A stretch of 64,000 bases of DNA from Candidatus Heimdallarchaeota archaeon (GTDB taxonomy: Archaea; Asgardarchaeota; Heimdallarchaeia; Hodarchaeales; Hodarchaeaceae), in the NCBI GenBank assembly GCA_011364965.1, contig RDOB01000002.1, positions 512,001 to 576,000 of the forward strand, in the 5' to 3' direction. Position 1 is the stretch's first letter, and every line of letters starts with the position of its first letter. Below the pieces are notes generated by a model that saw only the letters and a program-made list of their open reading frames with translations, did not search any database and was not told the DNA's origin. Below, one piece after another: positions 19,070 to 29,409 of this stretch. The translations under genes were made by a program, and so were the position numbers.

Positions 19070-20806
19070 TTGGTAAAACCCGAAGATATACCATTATACC
19101 CTCAAGATGTTCCCAAAACGATCGATTACCCCGTATTTCCTCTTTATCAATACTTAGACGATGCAGAAAGAGACTTCCCTAATAATGAAGCGTTTATTCT
19201 AGAAACTCAAAGCTTCGATAAAATTGCTAAGGTAACTTATGCAGAATTAGGTAAATATACAGATATATTTGCAGCATTCCTTGCAGCTAAAGGAATTGGT
19301 CCTGGAGATAAGATTGGAGTCTTTCTACCAAATATGATTGAGTTTGTTATTGCTTATTACGGTATTCTGAAAGCAGGAGCGACAGTGGTTAGTTTAAACT
19401 TTCAATACCCTCCGAGTGAATTGAGAGGACAGCTAAAGCAAAGTCAAGCAAAAGGAATTGTCTGTGCGGATATGATAACACCTGCTGCTCAACCCTACGA
19501 AACCTGCAAAGAAATAAGAGATCAAGTCGGGTTCATTGTCGTAGCAAGCATTAAACCCTATTTATCAGGCATAAAAGGTATCTTGGGGTCACTTCTTGGA
19601 AAAATCAGCAAAAAAGATTCCCGTGATTATTATTTACATGAAATATATGATCAATATGGAAGAGATCAAAGGCCAAAAATTCAAGCACCGAAACCAGAAG
19701 ATGTAGCAGTAATAATGTTTACAGGAGGGACAACTGGGACTCCCAAAGGTGCAATGTTAACACAGAAGAACCTTGTTTCAAACGTGGTGCAATGTTCTGT
19801 ATGGATGCAACCACCACTAGAGCGAGGGCAAGTGAATGGTATTGGTTCATTGCCTTTTTACCATTCGTACGGAGCTACTACATCTATGAATCTTGGGATA
19901 TATTTGGCCAGCAGAATGATATGTATGATGGATCCTCGAGAAGATAAATTCAACCAAATCTTATATCTTTTAGAAAAATATAAGGTGCATCTCTTTAATA
20001 CTGTTCCCACTCTTTATATTGCACTGCTAAATCATCCTCGTTTACGCGAATTTGATTTGAATAATTTAATGTACGGAACAAGCGGTGCTGCCCCGTTACC
20101 TATCGCGGTTATTGAGGAATTCGAGAAAAGGACAGGCGCAAACATTGCTGAAGGATACGGACTTACAGAAACAAGCCCCGTTACTCATATAAATCCAATG
20201 GCTCCTGCTCCAGGAAAGAAAAAACCTTGGAAGAAAAATGGGTCAATTGGATTACCTATACCTGATACAGATGTGGTTGTTGTAGATATTGGGACAGGTA
20301 ATAAGCTCTTGGAGCAAAATGAAGAAGGGGAAATTGCAATCCATGGTCCCCAGGTCTTTGCTGGTTATTATTTAAACGAAGACGCCACAAAAGAAGTCAC
20401 AAGAGTATTCAACGGAAAAAACTATTTTTTAACAGGTGATATTGGGAAATTCGATGAAGACTTTTATTTCTATATTACAGACAGAAAGAAAGATATGATT
20501 GATGTTGGCGGTTTCAAAGCATATCCGAGAGAAATTGAAGATGTTCTTATAGCACATCCCAAAATTTCCAATGCTGCATGTATTGGAGTCCCTCATCCGA
20601 AGGTTGGGGAGACAGTAAAATTATTTATTGTGCCTAAACCTGAGACTGACCTTACTAAAGCTGAGGTTCTATCTTACTGTCAAGAAAAGCTTGTGAAATA
20701 TAAACAACCTCATAGTGAGGAATATATCGAATTTCGAGATGAATTACCAATGACTCAAGTTGGTAAAGTATTACGACGTGCTTTAAAAGAAGAAGAAGGA
20801 CAATAA
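19070..20806 (+). CDS. Long-chain fatty-acid--CoA ligase
   Basis: FTGGTTGTPKG, EGYGLTETSP, TGDIG, DRKKD, VGKVLRR. Confidence 0.92.
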   Translation: MVKPEDIPLYPQDVPKTIDYPVFPLYQYLDDAERDFPNNEAFILETQSFDKIAKVTYAELGKYTDIFAAFLAAKGIGPGDKIGVFLPNMIEFVIAYYGILKAGATVVSLNFQYPPSELRGQLKQSQAKGIVCADMITPAAQPYETCKEIRDQVGFIVVASIKPYLSGIKGILGSLLGKISKKDSRDYYLHEIYDQYGRDQRPKIQAPKPEDVAVIMFTGGTTGTPKGAMLTQKNLVSNVVQCSVWMQPPLERGQVNGIGSLPFYHSYGATTSMNLGIYLASRMICMMDPREDKFNQILYLLEKYKVHLFNTVPTLYIALLNHPRLREFDLNNLMYGTSGAAPLPIAVIEEFEKRTGANIAEGYGLTETSPVTHINPMAPAPGKKKPWKKNGSIGLPIPDTDVVVVDIGTGNKLLEQNEEGEIAIHGPQVFAGYYLNEDATKEVTRVFNGKNYFLTGDIGKFDEDFYFYITDRKKDMIDVGGFKAYPREIEDVLIAHPKISNAACIGVPHPKVGETVKLFIVPKPETDLTKAEVLSYCQEKLVKYKQPHSEEYIEFRDELPMTQVGKVLRRALKEEEGQ

Positions 20807-21158
20807 AATCATTTTTCTTTATTTTCTTATTTTATCTAAAATTAGATTGATTATTGTTCAATAATCTCCAGTAACTAAAGTCCATCTCCCAGATTATAGA
20901 GATTGGTGTGTAGTTATTCCTTTCTTTTCGATGATATACAAACATAATTTTTGTCTTTCAAAAAATAAACCTAAAAAAACCCAATCTTCTTCTACTAATC
21001 ATATTTGCATCTTCAAATGCCAATGGAGAATAGATTTTCCACAATTTAGCTTAACAAATAATAAATGATAGCGTTCAAATTTAGGGAGAATGTCAGGAAT
21101 CACCTCTCAATTTGAAAGTGCTTTCCTGAAATTTTCATCATAATTCATTTGGGAAGGC

Positions 21159-23888
21159 CTACGAGAGAGGATTGAGGGGATGATGAACAGATTTTACGGG
21201 GAATAAAAGCTGAAATTCATTTCCCTTAGGATCTAAAGGGATAATCTTCAATGTTCCGTCGTAACGTTTCATAATAACAGAAGAAAGGGCAATAGGAAGA
21301 TAATGGCCTCTTGACTCCCATTTCTCTGTAATAGGTGAGGTGAGCTGAGTACTGATTAATTGAGGTATTGGCTGTGAATAGTTGTCACGAATCGATATAC
21401 AAAAGTTTGAGGGAAGTAATGAAGCTTCAATTAGAATAAGCAATTTTGATTTTTTAGTATCTAGATCACTATAATTAGAATTGAGAATAAAGAACAATAA
21501 TTCATAAAATGCATCGTATAGATAATTATCTCCCTCTAGTCTGATACTTGAAAGAGTTGATTCATTTACCTCAATTACCTTGAGATGCGATAAAGATGTA
21601 AATTTTTCCACAGTTTCATTAATTAATTCTAAAATATTTAATTTTTCAGCTTTGTAGGGGAGTTCTGATTGAAGTACAGCAAAAATTTTACTTACTAGCT
21701 CAATTTTTCTAGATGATTGGTGAACTATCTTCCGCAATTGCTTGATAATTTCGTGATCCAATTCATAACTTGTATTATACTTGTGTAATAATAAATCTAA
21801 GGCAAATAAAATTTTTTGGAGATCATTATTAAGGAAATGGCTGGACATTGCATGGTAGCGTTCTTCTTCAAGTTTAATTTGATGGATTCTTTTCTCAGAC
21901 TCCCAGAGTCTTTGCTCCACCTCTTTGATTTTGGTTATATCAGTGAATACTGATAAAACCCCCTCAAAATCTCCTTCCTTGGAATGAAGAGGTGTAGCAG
22001 AAATTATTAACGGAATATGCTGGCCATCTTTCCCTAAAGCTACTGTTTCATATCTGCTACTTATACCTTCTGATCGCTTAGATGTCTCATTTCTGACCAT
22101 TTCCAAATAGTCTGGTACAATAAAATTGGACCAATGTTTATTAAGCAATTCTTCTTCCGTATATCCTAACAGGGTGACAGTTTGTGGATTAGTAAAGGTG
22201 AAAAAACCTTCAACATCTTCTAAAACAACACCTTCTTCCATCTTCTCAATGAGCATTTGATATTTTTCTTTGGCTTCTTGCAATGCGATTTCTGCTCTTT
22301 TTCGTTCTGTGATATCCCTCACGATACTTTGAATAACCTTCTGACTACCAATCTTAAATAAACTTGAGGATACTTCAGCAGAAAATGTTTTTCCCTCCTT
22401 TTTCATGAAGTCTATCTCAAAATTTACAAATCCTTTTTGTATAATTGTTTCAAAAGCCTTTTTTGATGCCTCAAGCATGACTGGAGGATGAAGATCAGCG
22501 ATCTTTAATGAAAAAATGTCTATTTTGGTGTATCCAAAGAGTTCTAGCACCTTTTGGTTAACATCAAGGATATTTCCTTTAAGATCATGTAGAAAAATCG
22601 CGTCATTTGAATAATGGAAGAGGTTACTATATTTTTCCTCACTTTCACGTAATGCTTCCTCGGCTTTCTTCTGGCTTGTAAGATCTCGAAATGCCGTAAT
22701 TCTAACAGTCTTGCCCTCATATTTTGCAAGTTTTGCTTTAATTTCTACTGGGAAGGTTGTGCCGTCTTTTCGTAAAGCAAGAGCTTCATAAGGTTCTTCT
22801 GATCCACTTAAAATATTTTTGAGAATTAGTTCACGAGACTTAGGAGCTGCATGTTCCAGACCATTAGAACCAAGAATTTCAGAGAGTTCATAACCTAGCA
22901 GATTAGTATACATTTCGTTAGCTTCAATGATTACTCCCTGATCATGAATTATTAGTCCCTCAAACGCTGCTTCAGATAACCTCCGATATCTTTGTTCACT
23001 CTCACGTAAGGCTCTTTCTATTTGCCTGTGCTTTGTAGTATCATGGCCGATTATTTGAATAGCTTCTATTCTATTATTTTTCATTAATAGGGTGGGTACA
23101 ATTTCAAAATTATGTTTCACACCCAAACTATCATTCAATTCTAGATCAATTGGTTTAATATCTGATTTACTCGGTAATTCAGAAAATTGTTCGTCATATT
23201 TCCTTTTGTCTTTCTCAGTTAATATATTTAGCTCAATAAAATGTTTACCTATCAATTCTTCTTTAGGATAGCCAATGAATTCACTCACTCGATTGTTACA
23301 GTCAATAAGATAACCATTTAGATCCATTAGTGCCATTAGATCGGGTATTGATTCAAATAGCGTCCTGTACTTCTCTTCGCTCTCTTTTAGAGCCATCTCT
23401 GCTTTTTTTTGATCTGTAATATCCGCTAGAACCATTGTAGCTTTTTCTGCATTCCCTTGATTATCCAAAGTAAATTTAGTTCTTGCTGAAATCCAAAATA
23501 AGGTGCCATTTTTTTTCCTAATTTTAAAATTAGCATGCCTGGGGGTAATGTCTTCACCAGAGAGTAGTGACATTTGTCTTTTGATAAAATAGTCTTTGCT
23601 TTCCTCTTCTAATAGATCAAAAGGGTCAAAAGATAATAATTCTTCTTTCGTGTATCCCGTCCGTTCACATACGATGTTATTCACAGATATAAATTTTCTT
23701 TTTGTAATATCCACTTCGAGAATTCCTGCGGGAGATTCTTCGATTAGTTCCTTAAGTTGTTGTTTAATTTTCTTTATTTCTTTTATACGATTTATATATG
23801 AGGTTCTAAATTTCTCTAGCGTTATTCTCGCATCCTCCGGGATATCCTTCCGATCTATTAATGTAGCAATTTCTGCTTGCATATTCAT
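21159..23888 (-). CDS. Multi-PAS sensor with degenerate histidine-kinase module
   Basis: Five PAS/PAC repeats with DIT..K.AE.AL.ESEE linkers; H-box-like SHFLNNDLQ; divergent HATPase. Confidence 0.85.
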   Translation of the reverse strand: MNMQAEIATLIDRKDIPEDARITLEKFRTSYINRIKEIKKIKQQLKELIEESPAGILEVDITKRKFISVNNIVCERTGYTKEELLSFDPFDLLEEESKDYFIKRQMSLLSGEDITPRHANFKIRKKNGTLFWISARTKFTLDNQGNAEKATMVLADITDQKKAEMALKESEEKYRTLFESIPDLMALMDLNGYLIDCNNRVSEFIGYPKEELIGKHFIELNILTEKDKRKYDEQFSELPSKSDIKPIDLELNDSLGVKHNFEIVPTLLMKNNRIEAIQIIGHDTTKHRQIERALRESEQRYRRLSEAAFEGLIIHDQGVIIEANEMYTNLLGYELSEILGSNGLEHAAPKSRELILKNILSGSEEPYEALALRKDGTTFPVEIKAKLAKYEGKTVRITAFRDLTSQKKAEEALRESEEKYSNLFHYSNDAIFLHDLKGNILDVNQKVLELFGYTKIDIFSLKIADLHPPVMLEASKKAFETIIQKGFVNFEIDFMKKEGKTFSAEVSSSLFKIGSQKVIQSIVRDITERKRAEIALQEAKEKYQMLIEKMEEGVVLEDVEGFFTFTNPQTVTLLGYTEEELLNKHWSNFIVPDYLEMVRNETSKRSEGISSRYETVALGKDGQHIPLIISATPLHSKEGDFEGVLSVFTDITKIKEVEQRLWESEKRIHQIKLEEERYHAMSSHFLNNDLQKILFALDLLLHKYNTSYELDHEIIKQLRKIVHQSSRKIELVSKIFAVLQSELPYKAEKLNILELINETVEKFTSLSHLKVIEVNESTLSSIRLEGDNYLYDAFYELLFFILNSNYSDLDTKKSKLLILIEASLLPSNFCISIRDNYSQPIPQLISTQLTSPITEKWESRGHYLPIALSSVIMKRYDGTLKIIPLDPKGNEFQLLFPVKSVHHPLNPLS

Positions 23889-24268
23889 TACCTTTTTTTA
23901 TTTCATGATTAAAATGGATTGGGTATGATGTTTTATTGATTTAATCCCGTAACTATTAATCAATATGAAGAATAAGATCCCCGCTCCATGCAAAAGCATA
24001 AGTAGCTCAAATTCTACTAACATTTTAAATCCTGCGTGAAATATGTAGTTTATAATTGTAAATACCTATCTGGTATTAAATATTAACTTTGCTAATTTGA
24101 AGGAATAATTATAATTGGAGATCTATTATCAAACCAAAGGTCAATATCTAAATATTGCCACAAAATTAGAAAACAGAAAGAAAAAAACATATAGTATAAA
24201 TCTGATTTATGGGATTAGTCGAAATAAAGGTCTTTTTCATCAGATATTTAAATGTGAGAAAGATTGAA

Positions 24269-25120
24269 ATGCTGGTTCTCCTAACGAGCTTATTGTTTCT
24301 GCTTCTTCTTTATTTCTTAATTACTTTGTTAATAGTCTTAATTTTTGCGAATTTTCCTCGTAATTCAATGAATGATGTACCTGAGTGGGGATTTGTGACA
24401 GAATACAGAATTCCAACAGTTAAGGGAAAATCCTTGGAAGCGTGGGTGGTAATCCCGAATTTAAATTCTCTTGATCCTAGTAAGCCTGCAATTGTCCTTC
24501 TCCATGGATGGGGGCGTAATCGTGGACGTATGGTGTCACGTGCTCGTATTTTTGGTAATAAAGGGTATAAAACGATTTTATTTTCCGCAAGAGATCATGG
24601 TTCTTCTGATAAGGAACGTTTGGGAATGACGATAGTTCGTTTTTCACACGATCTAGAGTCGTGTGTGAATTGGTGGAGTAAACCAGTTGTTTTAGATGGT
24701 CATTCGATAGGAGGTGGTGCTTGTCTCCTTGTTGCTGCACGAAATCCTCTTGTAGTTGGAGTAATTGGAGAAAGTGTTCCCCTCTCAATACCTGGGAGTT
24801 TAAAGTATATTTATCGTCCTGTTATGAAATGGTTCACCCCTTTATTTTTACCTGGAATTAGAGTAATAACCTCTATTAAATTTCGAAAATATAATAAATC
24901 GCATTATAGTCCTCAGGATGCTGCTTATTTGATAAAAGTTCCAACATTACTCATTCATGGCAAATCAGATGAATTATTTCCCTATACAGACACAGAAATA
25001 TTAGCTAAGAGCATTAAAAAGTCGCATTTATGGCTTCCGCAAAACGTGAACCATTATAATATTGAGGAACATCCTGAGTATTCAAATCGCGTTCTTAATT
25101 TTTTGGAATTGATAAAATAA
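24269..25120 (+). CDS. Membrane-anchored alpha/beta hydrolase
   Basis: N-terminal TM; LLHGWG, GHSIGG, IHGKSD, NHY. Confidence 0.85.
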   Translation: MLVLLTSLLFLLLLYFLITLLIVLIFANFPRNSMNDVPEWGFVTEYRIPTVKGKSLEAWVVIPNLNSLDPSKPAIVLLHGWGRNRGRMVSRARIFGNKGYKTILFSARDHGSSDKERLGMTIVRFSHDLESCVNWWSKPVVLDGHSIGGGACLLVAARNPLVVGVIGESVPLSIPGSLKYIYRPVMKWFTPLFLPGIRVITSIKFRKYNKSHYSPQDAAYLIKVPTLLIHGKSDELFPYTDTEILAKSIKKSHLWLPQNVNHYNIEEHPEYSNRVLNFLELIK

Positions 25121-25132
25121 GAGCGCATTCAG

Positions 25133-26074
25133 TTAAAGAAGCGGGAGGACCTCGTCTTTAAAAGTCGATAAGGGATCCGCAAAGCTACACTGAAAATGGG
25201 AGATGAATTTGTATACTCCTGTGCTTTCAATAAATTCTTTCAGTTTTTCTGCCAAAGTTTCTGGTGTTCCCCATGGCATTTCCTGAACTAAATCTGAGGG
25301 ATTTTTATCAGAAAACCGTTGATTGTTAGTAATGAGATCTTTGGCATGCGTAAAGACTTCATTTTCAGTTTTAAATATATACATTCCACCAAAAGCTGAT
25401 TTAATTATATCCGAAGGATTTTTACCGAGATTTTGAACTTCTTCATCGAATTTATGATACACTCTGATTGAATCTTTAAAATTTAATCCAGTATTGAATC
25501 CATCTGCTATTCTTGCTGCCATTTTTAAAAATCGTGGTTTAGATCCCCCAAGATGAATTGGAATCGGATTACTAGGTTTAGGAAAATTACGGTTATCTTT
25601 TAAAGTCCAAAATTCTCCTTTGAAGTCCCATTCTTCGATATTCGGGTTAAGTAACGCTTTTATAATAGTCACAGTTTCCTCTAGTTGCCGTAACCTTACA
25701 CTTGGAGGTGGAAAAGGGTATCCATATGCGAGATATTCATCTTCTTTCCATCCAGTCCCTAGAAGTAATTCAAAGCGACCTTTTGAAAGAAAATCAATTG
25801 AAGCTGTCATTTTCGCAAGAATAGCTGGATTTCTGAAAGATTGACATAATACAGTATGTCCACCATGTATCTTTCGAGACCACATAAGTACAGCTGTAAT
25901 GAAAGTCCAAGCATCTAAGTAAGGTTCCTTTCCATTTATTTTATCGTCGAATCCAGTTAAATGATCATTAGTATAGATGCCATGGTATATTCCTAATGAT
26001 TCTACTTCTTCAACAAAGGATCTCAGTTTCTCTACTGACCAAGAGGGCTCGCGAAGATATATCCCCCATTCCAT
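25133..26074 (-). CDS. LLM-class (luciferase-like, probably F420-dependent) oxidoreductase
   Basis: NDHL, RNPAILAKMTASID.LSKGRFELLLGTGW, IPIHLGG; start moved to MEWG to avoid overlap with Grx. Confidence 0.88.
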   Translation of the reverse strand: MEWGIYLREPSWSVEKLRSFVEEVESLGIYHGIYTNDHLTGFDDKINGKEPYLDAWTFITAVLMWSRKIHGGHTVLCQSFRNPAILAKMTASIDFLSKGRFELLLGTGWKEDEYLAYGYPFPPPSVRLRQLEETVTIIKALLNPNIEEWDFKGEFWTLKDNRNFPKPSNPIPIHLGGSKPRFLKMAARIADGFNTGLNFKDSIRVYHKFDEEVQNLGKNPSDIIKSAFGGMYIFKTENEVFTHAKDLITNNQRFSDKNPSDLVQEMPWGTPETLAEKLKEFIESTGVYKFISHFQCSFADPLSTFKDEVLPLL

Positions 26075-26189
26075 TTTATTCAAATTCCGAATCTCCGTTT
26101 TCGAAATTTCATTGGTATCTATAAAGATAATGACTGCGAACAATCCGCAATCCTTTTGAGTTTTATTAAGAAAGGAGGTCTGAGGAAAG

Positions 26190-26516
26190 ATGTCGCTGAA
26201 TTCAATAACAAAACTATCTGAACTAAAAAACCACATCGTTTCTGTTGAAGGAACTCGTACCTCGCACCCAAAAATATTTACTTTCACGATTTCTACTTGT
26301 CAGTGGTGTAAAAAGGGGAAAAGCTGGTTAAAAGAGAATGGTTTTGCTTATGATTATATTGACATTGATAAAATACCAATTGAAGAAAAAAATGCACTAA
26401 AAACGGAATTACAGGAAGTTTTTGGAGTACGGCCTCGATTTCCATTTTTAATTGTTGGTAGTACAGAATTTCTAGTTGGTTTTAGTGTTAAGAACTGGGA
26501 GGAATTACTATTATGA
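26190..26516 (+). CDS. Glutaredoxin (NrdH-like)
   Basis: STCQWC active site, RFPFLIVG. Confidence 0.88.
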   Translation: MSLNSITKLSELKNHIVSVEGTRTSHPKIFTFTISTCQWCKKGKSWLKENGFAYDYIDIDKIPIEEKNALKTELQEVFGVRPRFPFLIVGSTEFLVGFSVKNWEELLL

Positions 26517-26839
26517 GTGATAATAAAAAAGCATTGAATGATGTAAAATCGTATGTGGAAAAAATTGCAGAGCGAAATAACTGGATATTAAATCCAGATA
26601 AGGAAACCCTTCAAAATCTAATCGAGGGTTTAATGGTCAATATTAATCGGTATGGTTATTATAACTGCCCATGTAGGGATTCTCAGGAAGATCGTAATTT
26701 GGATAAGGATATTATATGCCCTTGTCGATACAGTGAACCAGATATAAGAGAATTCGGCCACTGTTACTGTGCTCTTTATTTTGATGAGGATTATGATTTC
26801 TCCAAATCAGTTGAGATGATTCCCGAAAGACGTGAGTGA
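26513..26839 (+). CDS. Ferredoxin:thioredoxin reductase catalytic subunit family
   Basis: CPC...CPC...HCYC motifs; ATGA overlap with Grx. Confidence 0.92.
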   Translation: MSDNKKALNDVKSYVEKIAERNNWILNPDKETLQNLIEGLMVNINRYGYYNCPCRDSQEDRNLDKDIICPCRYSEPDIREFGHCYCALYFDEDYDFSKSVEMIPERRE

Positions 26840-27106
26840 TATTCTCCCTAGATTTTTATTTTTCCTTGCAGGAATAAACTACCTTACATCATCCGTTATA
26901 TACCTTCTTAGGTGTTACTGAACTTCCCAATCTAGCGAAAAAACACATTCTGAAGTTAATTATATCATCTACAGTTATAAGAATGGAAATAAGACCGTAA
27001 AAAGGCCGTTTTCTCAGATAAATGAAACAGGCTTGGTATAATATTCTTTTTATAGGTTAATTATTCTCTCATTTTTTCAGTTTTTTCCCTTTTGGAAGTA
27101 ATTTAT

Positions 27107-27709
27107 ATGGCGGATACTGATATATCATATGATGCTCCCTCTTGGGAGTATATTGAAACTTTAACAGTAAAATTATTTCAAAAATTAAAAGAAAATGCCT
27201 TTCACCCTGATATTATTGCTGGGATTAGTCGGGGTGGCCTAGTTCCAGCGAGAATAATCTCGGATCTATATTTAACTTATGGAGAAAAGCCCACTCTATC
27301 GGTGATGCAAATAGGTTTGTATGCAGGCGTGGGAAAAACATTTAAAGAACCAATAATATATCAAGATCTCCCTGGACATATCCATGGGAAAAAAATTCTT
27401 CTGATTGATGATGTAGCGGATAGTGGAATTTCCTTAGACTTTGCATTACAATATCTTAGTATGAAAAAACCTGCTGCAGTAAAAATCGGCACTTTATATT
27501 ATAAACCATGGTCAAAAATTAAACCTCATTATTATGTGGAAGAAACCGAGGCGTGGATAATTTTTCCTCATGAAAGATATGAATTCATGCAAGAGCAAAT
27601 GAAAAAGAAAGGACTTTCAATGCTAGAAGCGCGGAAATTTTTCATAGAGGACATACATCTCCCCACTTATTCTGTTGATAATTTCCTTAGTATCAAAAAC
27701 AATGGTTGA
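27107..27709 (+). CDS. Purine phosphoribosyltransferase
   Basis: GISRGGLVPA, ILLIDDVADSG PRPP motif, WIIFPHE. Confidence 0.88.
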   Translation: MADTDISYDAPSWEYIETLTVKLFQKLKENAFHPDIIAGISRGGLVPARIISDLYLTYGEKPTLSVMQIGLYAGVGKTFKEPIIYQDLPGHIHGKKILLIDDVADSGISLDFALQYLSMKKPAAVKIGTLYYKPWSKIKPHYYVEETEAWIIFPHERYEFMQEQMKKKGLSMLEARKFFIEDIHLPTYSVDNFLSIKNNG

Positions 27710-27857
27710 AAATATAAGAAAGTGAGGAGTGAATCAAGAACATAAAAATACCCTTTTTATTAGGGAAAGAATTTTAATTACTATACCATAATACTAATGG
27801 ATTATCTCTTTCAGAGATGTAATTTTCCCTAATTAGTTATTCAGTGTAATAGAAGGT

Positions 27858-28820
27858 ATGTATGATATGAATCCTTTTAGGAAAGGTAAAAAATCTGATC
27901 TCGAATTATTAGATGAAAAAATTGATCAGAGATTACATGATATAGAAAAACAGGTTGAAGGGATGGCTTCTCGGGTTAGTTCTCTGACAAGTTCAGTAGA
28001 TCAAAAGGAAGTAGATATCCGAAAATCCGCCACGAAGGAGTTTAAGCATCAATTAGATGAAGTTAGGACCTCTTTGGAACAACTAAGTCTAGAACTAAAT
28101 AATCAAATACTCGATGTGAGTAATCGAGTTGAAAACCTTGACCAAAATTCAAGTAATTGGTCTTTCGCAATCAATGAGCAAGTTGAAGAATTTCGATCCA
28201 AATATGTAGATGTTTTAGAGGAATTACGTCAAGCTAAGAATATAGCGGTTGAGAGAGAAAAAATTATTACCGAAAAATACGAAGAATTGGTAAAACAGTT
28301 GAAAGAAAAGGAAAAGCTAGCATTAGAACGCGAATCTTTATCAACTGAACGAATTAGTTCCCTTCAAGGTGAGGTGGAAAAGAGAGAGCAAGAACTTGGC
28401 AAAAATCAAACTAAGCTGACTGAACTCGAGGCAGATTTGAAAGAGACAAGAACCTTAATAGATGAGCTACAAAAAGCGAAGTTTGATGCCAAGGAATTGG
28501 AAATTAATCATAAAAAGGCATTAGAAGAGATTGAGGATCAAAAGTATGAAATTGAAAGACTTAGATCTCAGATTAATACAATGGTGGAGGATAATAAACA
28601 ATCTATTGCTACAACTAAAGCTGTTAAAACTTTCCTCGCAGATAGTGAATCGGGTAGGATATTAAGTCTTTTACTGAACTCAGAACGGATAACAATTGAT
28701 GAATTGTCTTCTTTGACTGGAATTGCTACCTTTACAGTCCATCAAATTATTCAACGATTCAGTGGTCTGGGAATTGTTACTTATGATGAAGGTGCAAGAA
28801 AAGCAAGGCTTCATGATTAA
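27858..28820 (+). CDS. Long coiled-coil protein with C-terminal winged helix
   Basis: E/K/Q-rich heptads over about 250 aa; ITIDELSSLTGIATFTVHQIIQRF..LGIV. Confidence 0.75.
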   Translation: MYDMNPFRKGKKSDLELLDEKIDQRLHDIEKQVEGMASRVSSLTSSVDQKEVDIRKSATKEFKHQLDEVRTSLEQLSLELNNQILDVSNRVENLDQNSSNWSFAINEQVEEFRSKYVDVLEELRQAKNIAVEREKIITEKYEELVKQLKEKEKLALERESLSTERISSLQGEVEKREQELGKNQTKLTELEADLKETRTLIDELQKAKFDAKELEINHKKALEEIEDQKYEIERLRSQINTMVEDNKQSIATTKAVKTFLADSESGRILSLLLNSERITIDELSSLTGIATFTVHQIIQRFSGLGIVTYDEGARKARLHD

Positions 28821-28837
28821 ATCTAAGGTCGTCATCT

Positions 28838-29383
28838 TTGGCAATGGAGTTCAAATTTGAAGAAAGGACAATAGCACTCGTGAAGGGTGATATTACCAAA
28901 CAAGAAGTTGATATAATAGTTAATGCTGCCAATCCTTCATTAAGAGGAGGTGGAGGAGTCGATGGAGCAATTCATCGAGCAGGAGGGGAGGTGATTTTAC
29001 AAGAATGTATTCAAAAGTATCCTCATGGATGTAAAACGGGCGAGGCTAGAATTACAACTGCAGGAAAAATGGCTGCAAAGTGGGTTATTCATACTCCTGG
29101 GCCAGTCTGGAAAGGAGGACACGTAGGAGAGGTTTCGTTATTAGAAAGTTCTTATCGTAACTCTATCTCATTAGCTAATGAGTATAAAGCTGATTCTATT
29201 GCTTTTCCCTCAATTTCAACAGGAGTATATGGTTTTCCAATACATCTAGCAGCAAAAATTGCTATAAAAACAGTTTTATCTATGTTTTCTCGGACTACTC
29301 TTTCTCGGGTCCATTTTGTTCTATTTAGCGAGAAAGATTTTCAAATATATTTCAAGGAGCTCAAGAATTTCATAATAAACTAG
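28838..29383 (+). CDS. Macro domain O-acetyl-ADP-ribose deacetylase (YmdB-like)
   Basis: GDIT, IVNAAN, GGGGVDGAIH, VIHTPGP, FPSISTGVYGFP. Confidence 0.93.
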   Translation: MAMEFKFEERTIALVKGDITKQEVDIIVNAANPSLRGGGGVDGAIHRAGGEVILQECIQKYPHGCKTGEARITTAGKMAAKWVIHTPGPVWKGGHVGEVSLLESSYRNSISLANEYKADSIAFPSISTGVYGFPIHLAAKIAIKTVLSMFSRTTLSRVHFVLFSEKDFQIYFKELKNFIIN

Positions 29384-29409
29384 TATACGTTGAAAAGAAA
29401 AAGAAGGTT

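Noticed and set aside
26075-26287. N-terminal 71 aa of the LLM ORF as called
   Set aside because: Overlaps the glutaredoxin gene on the opposite strand; the family starts at MEWG (26074)
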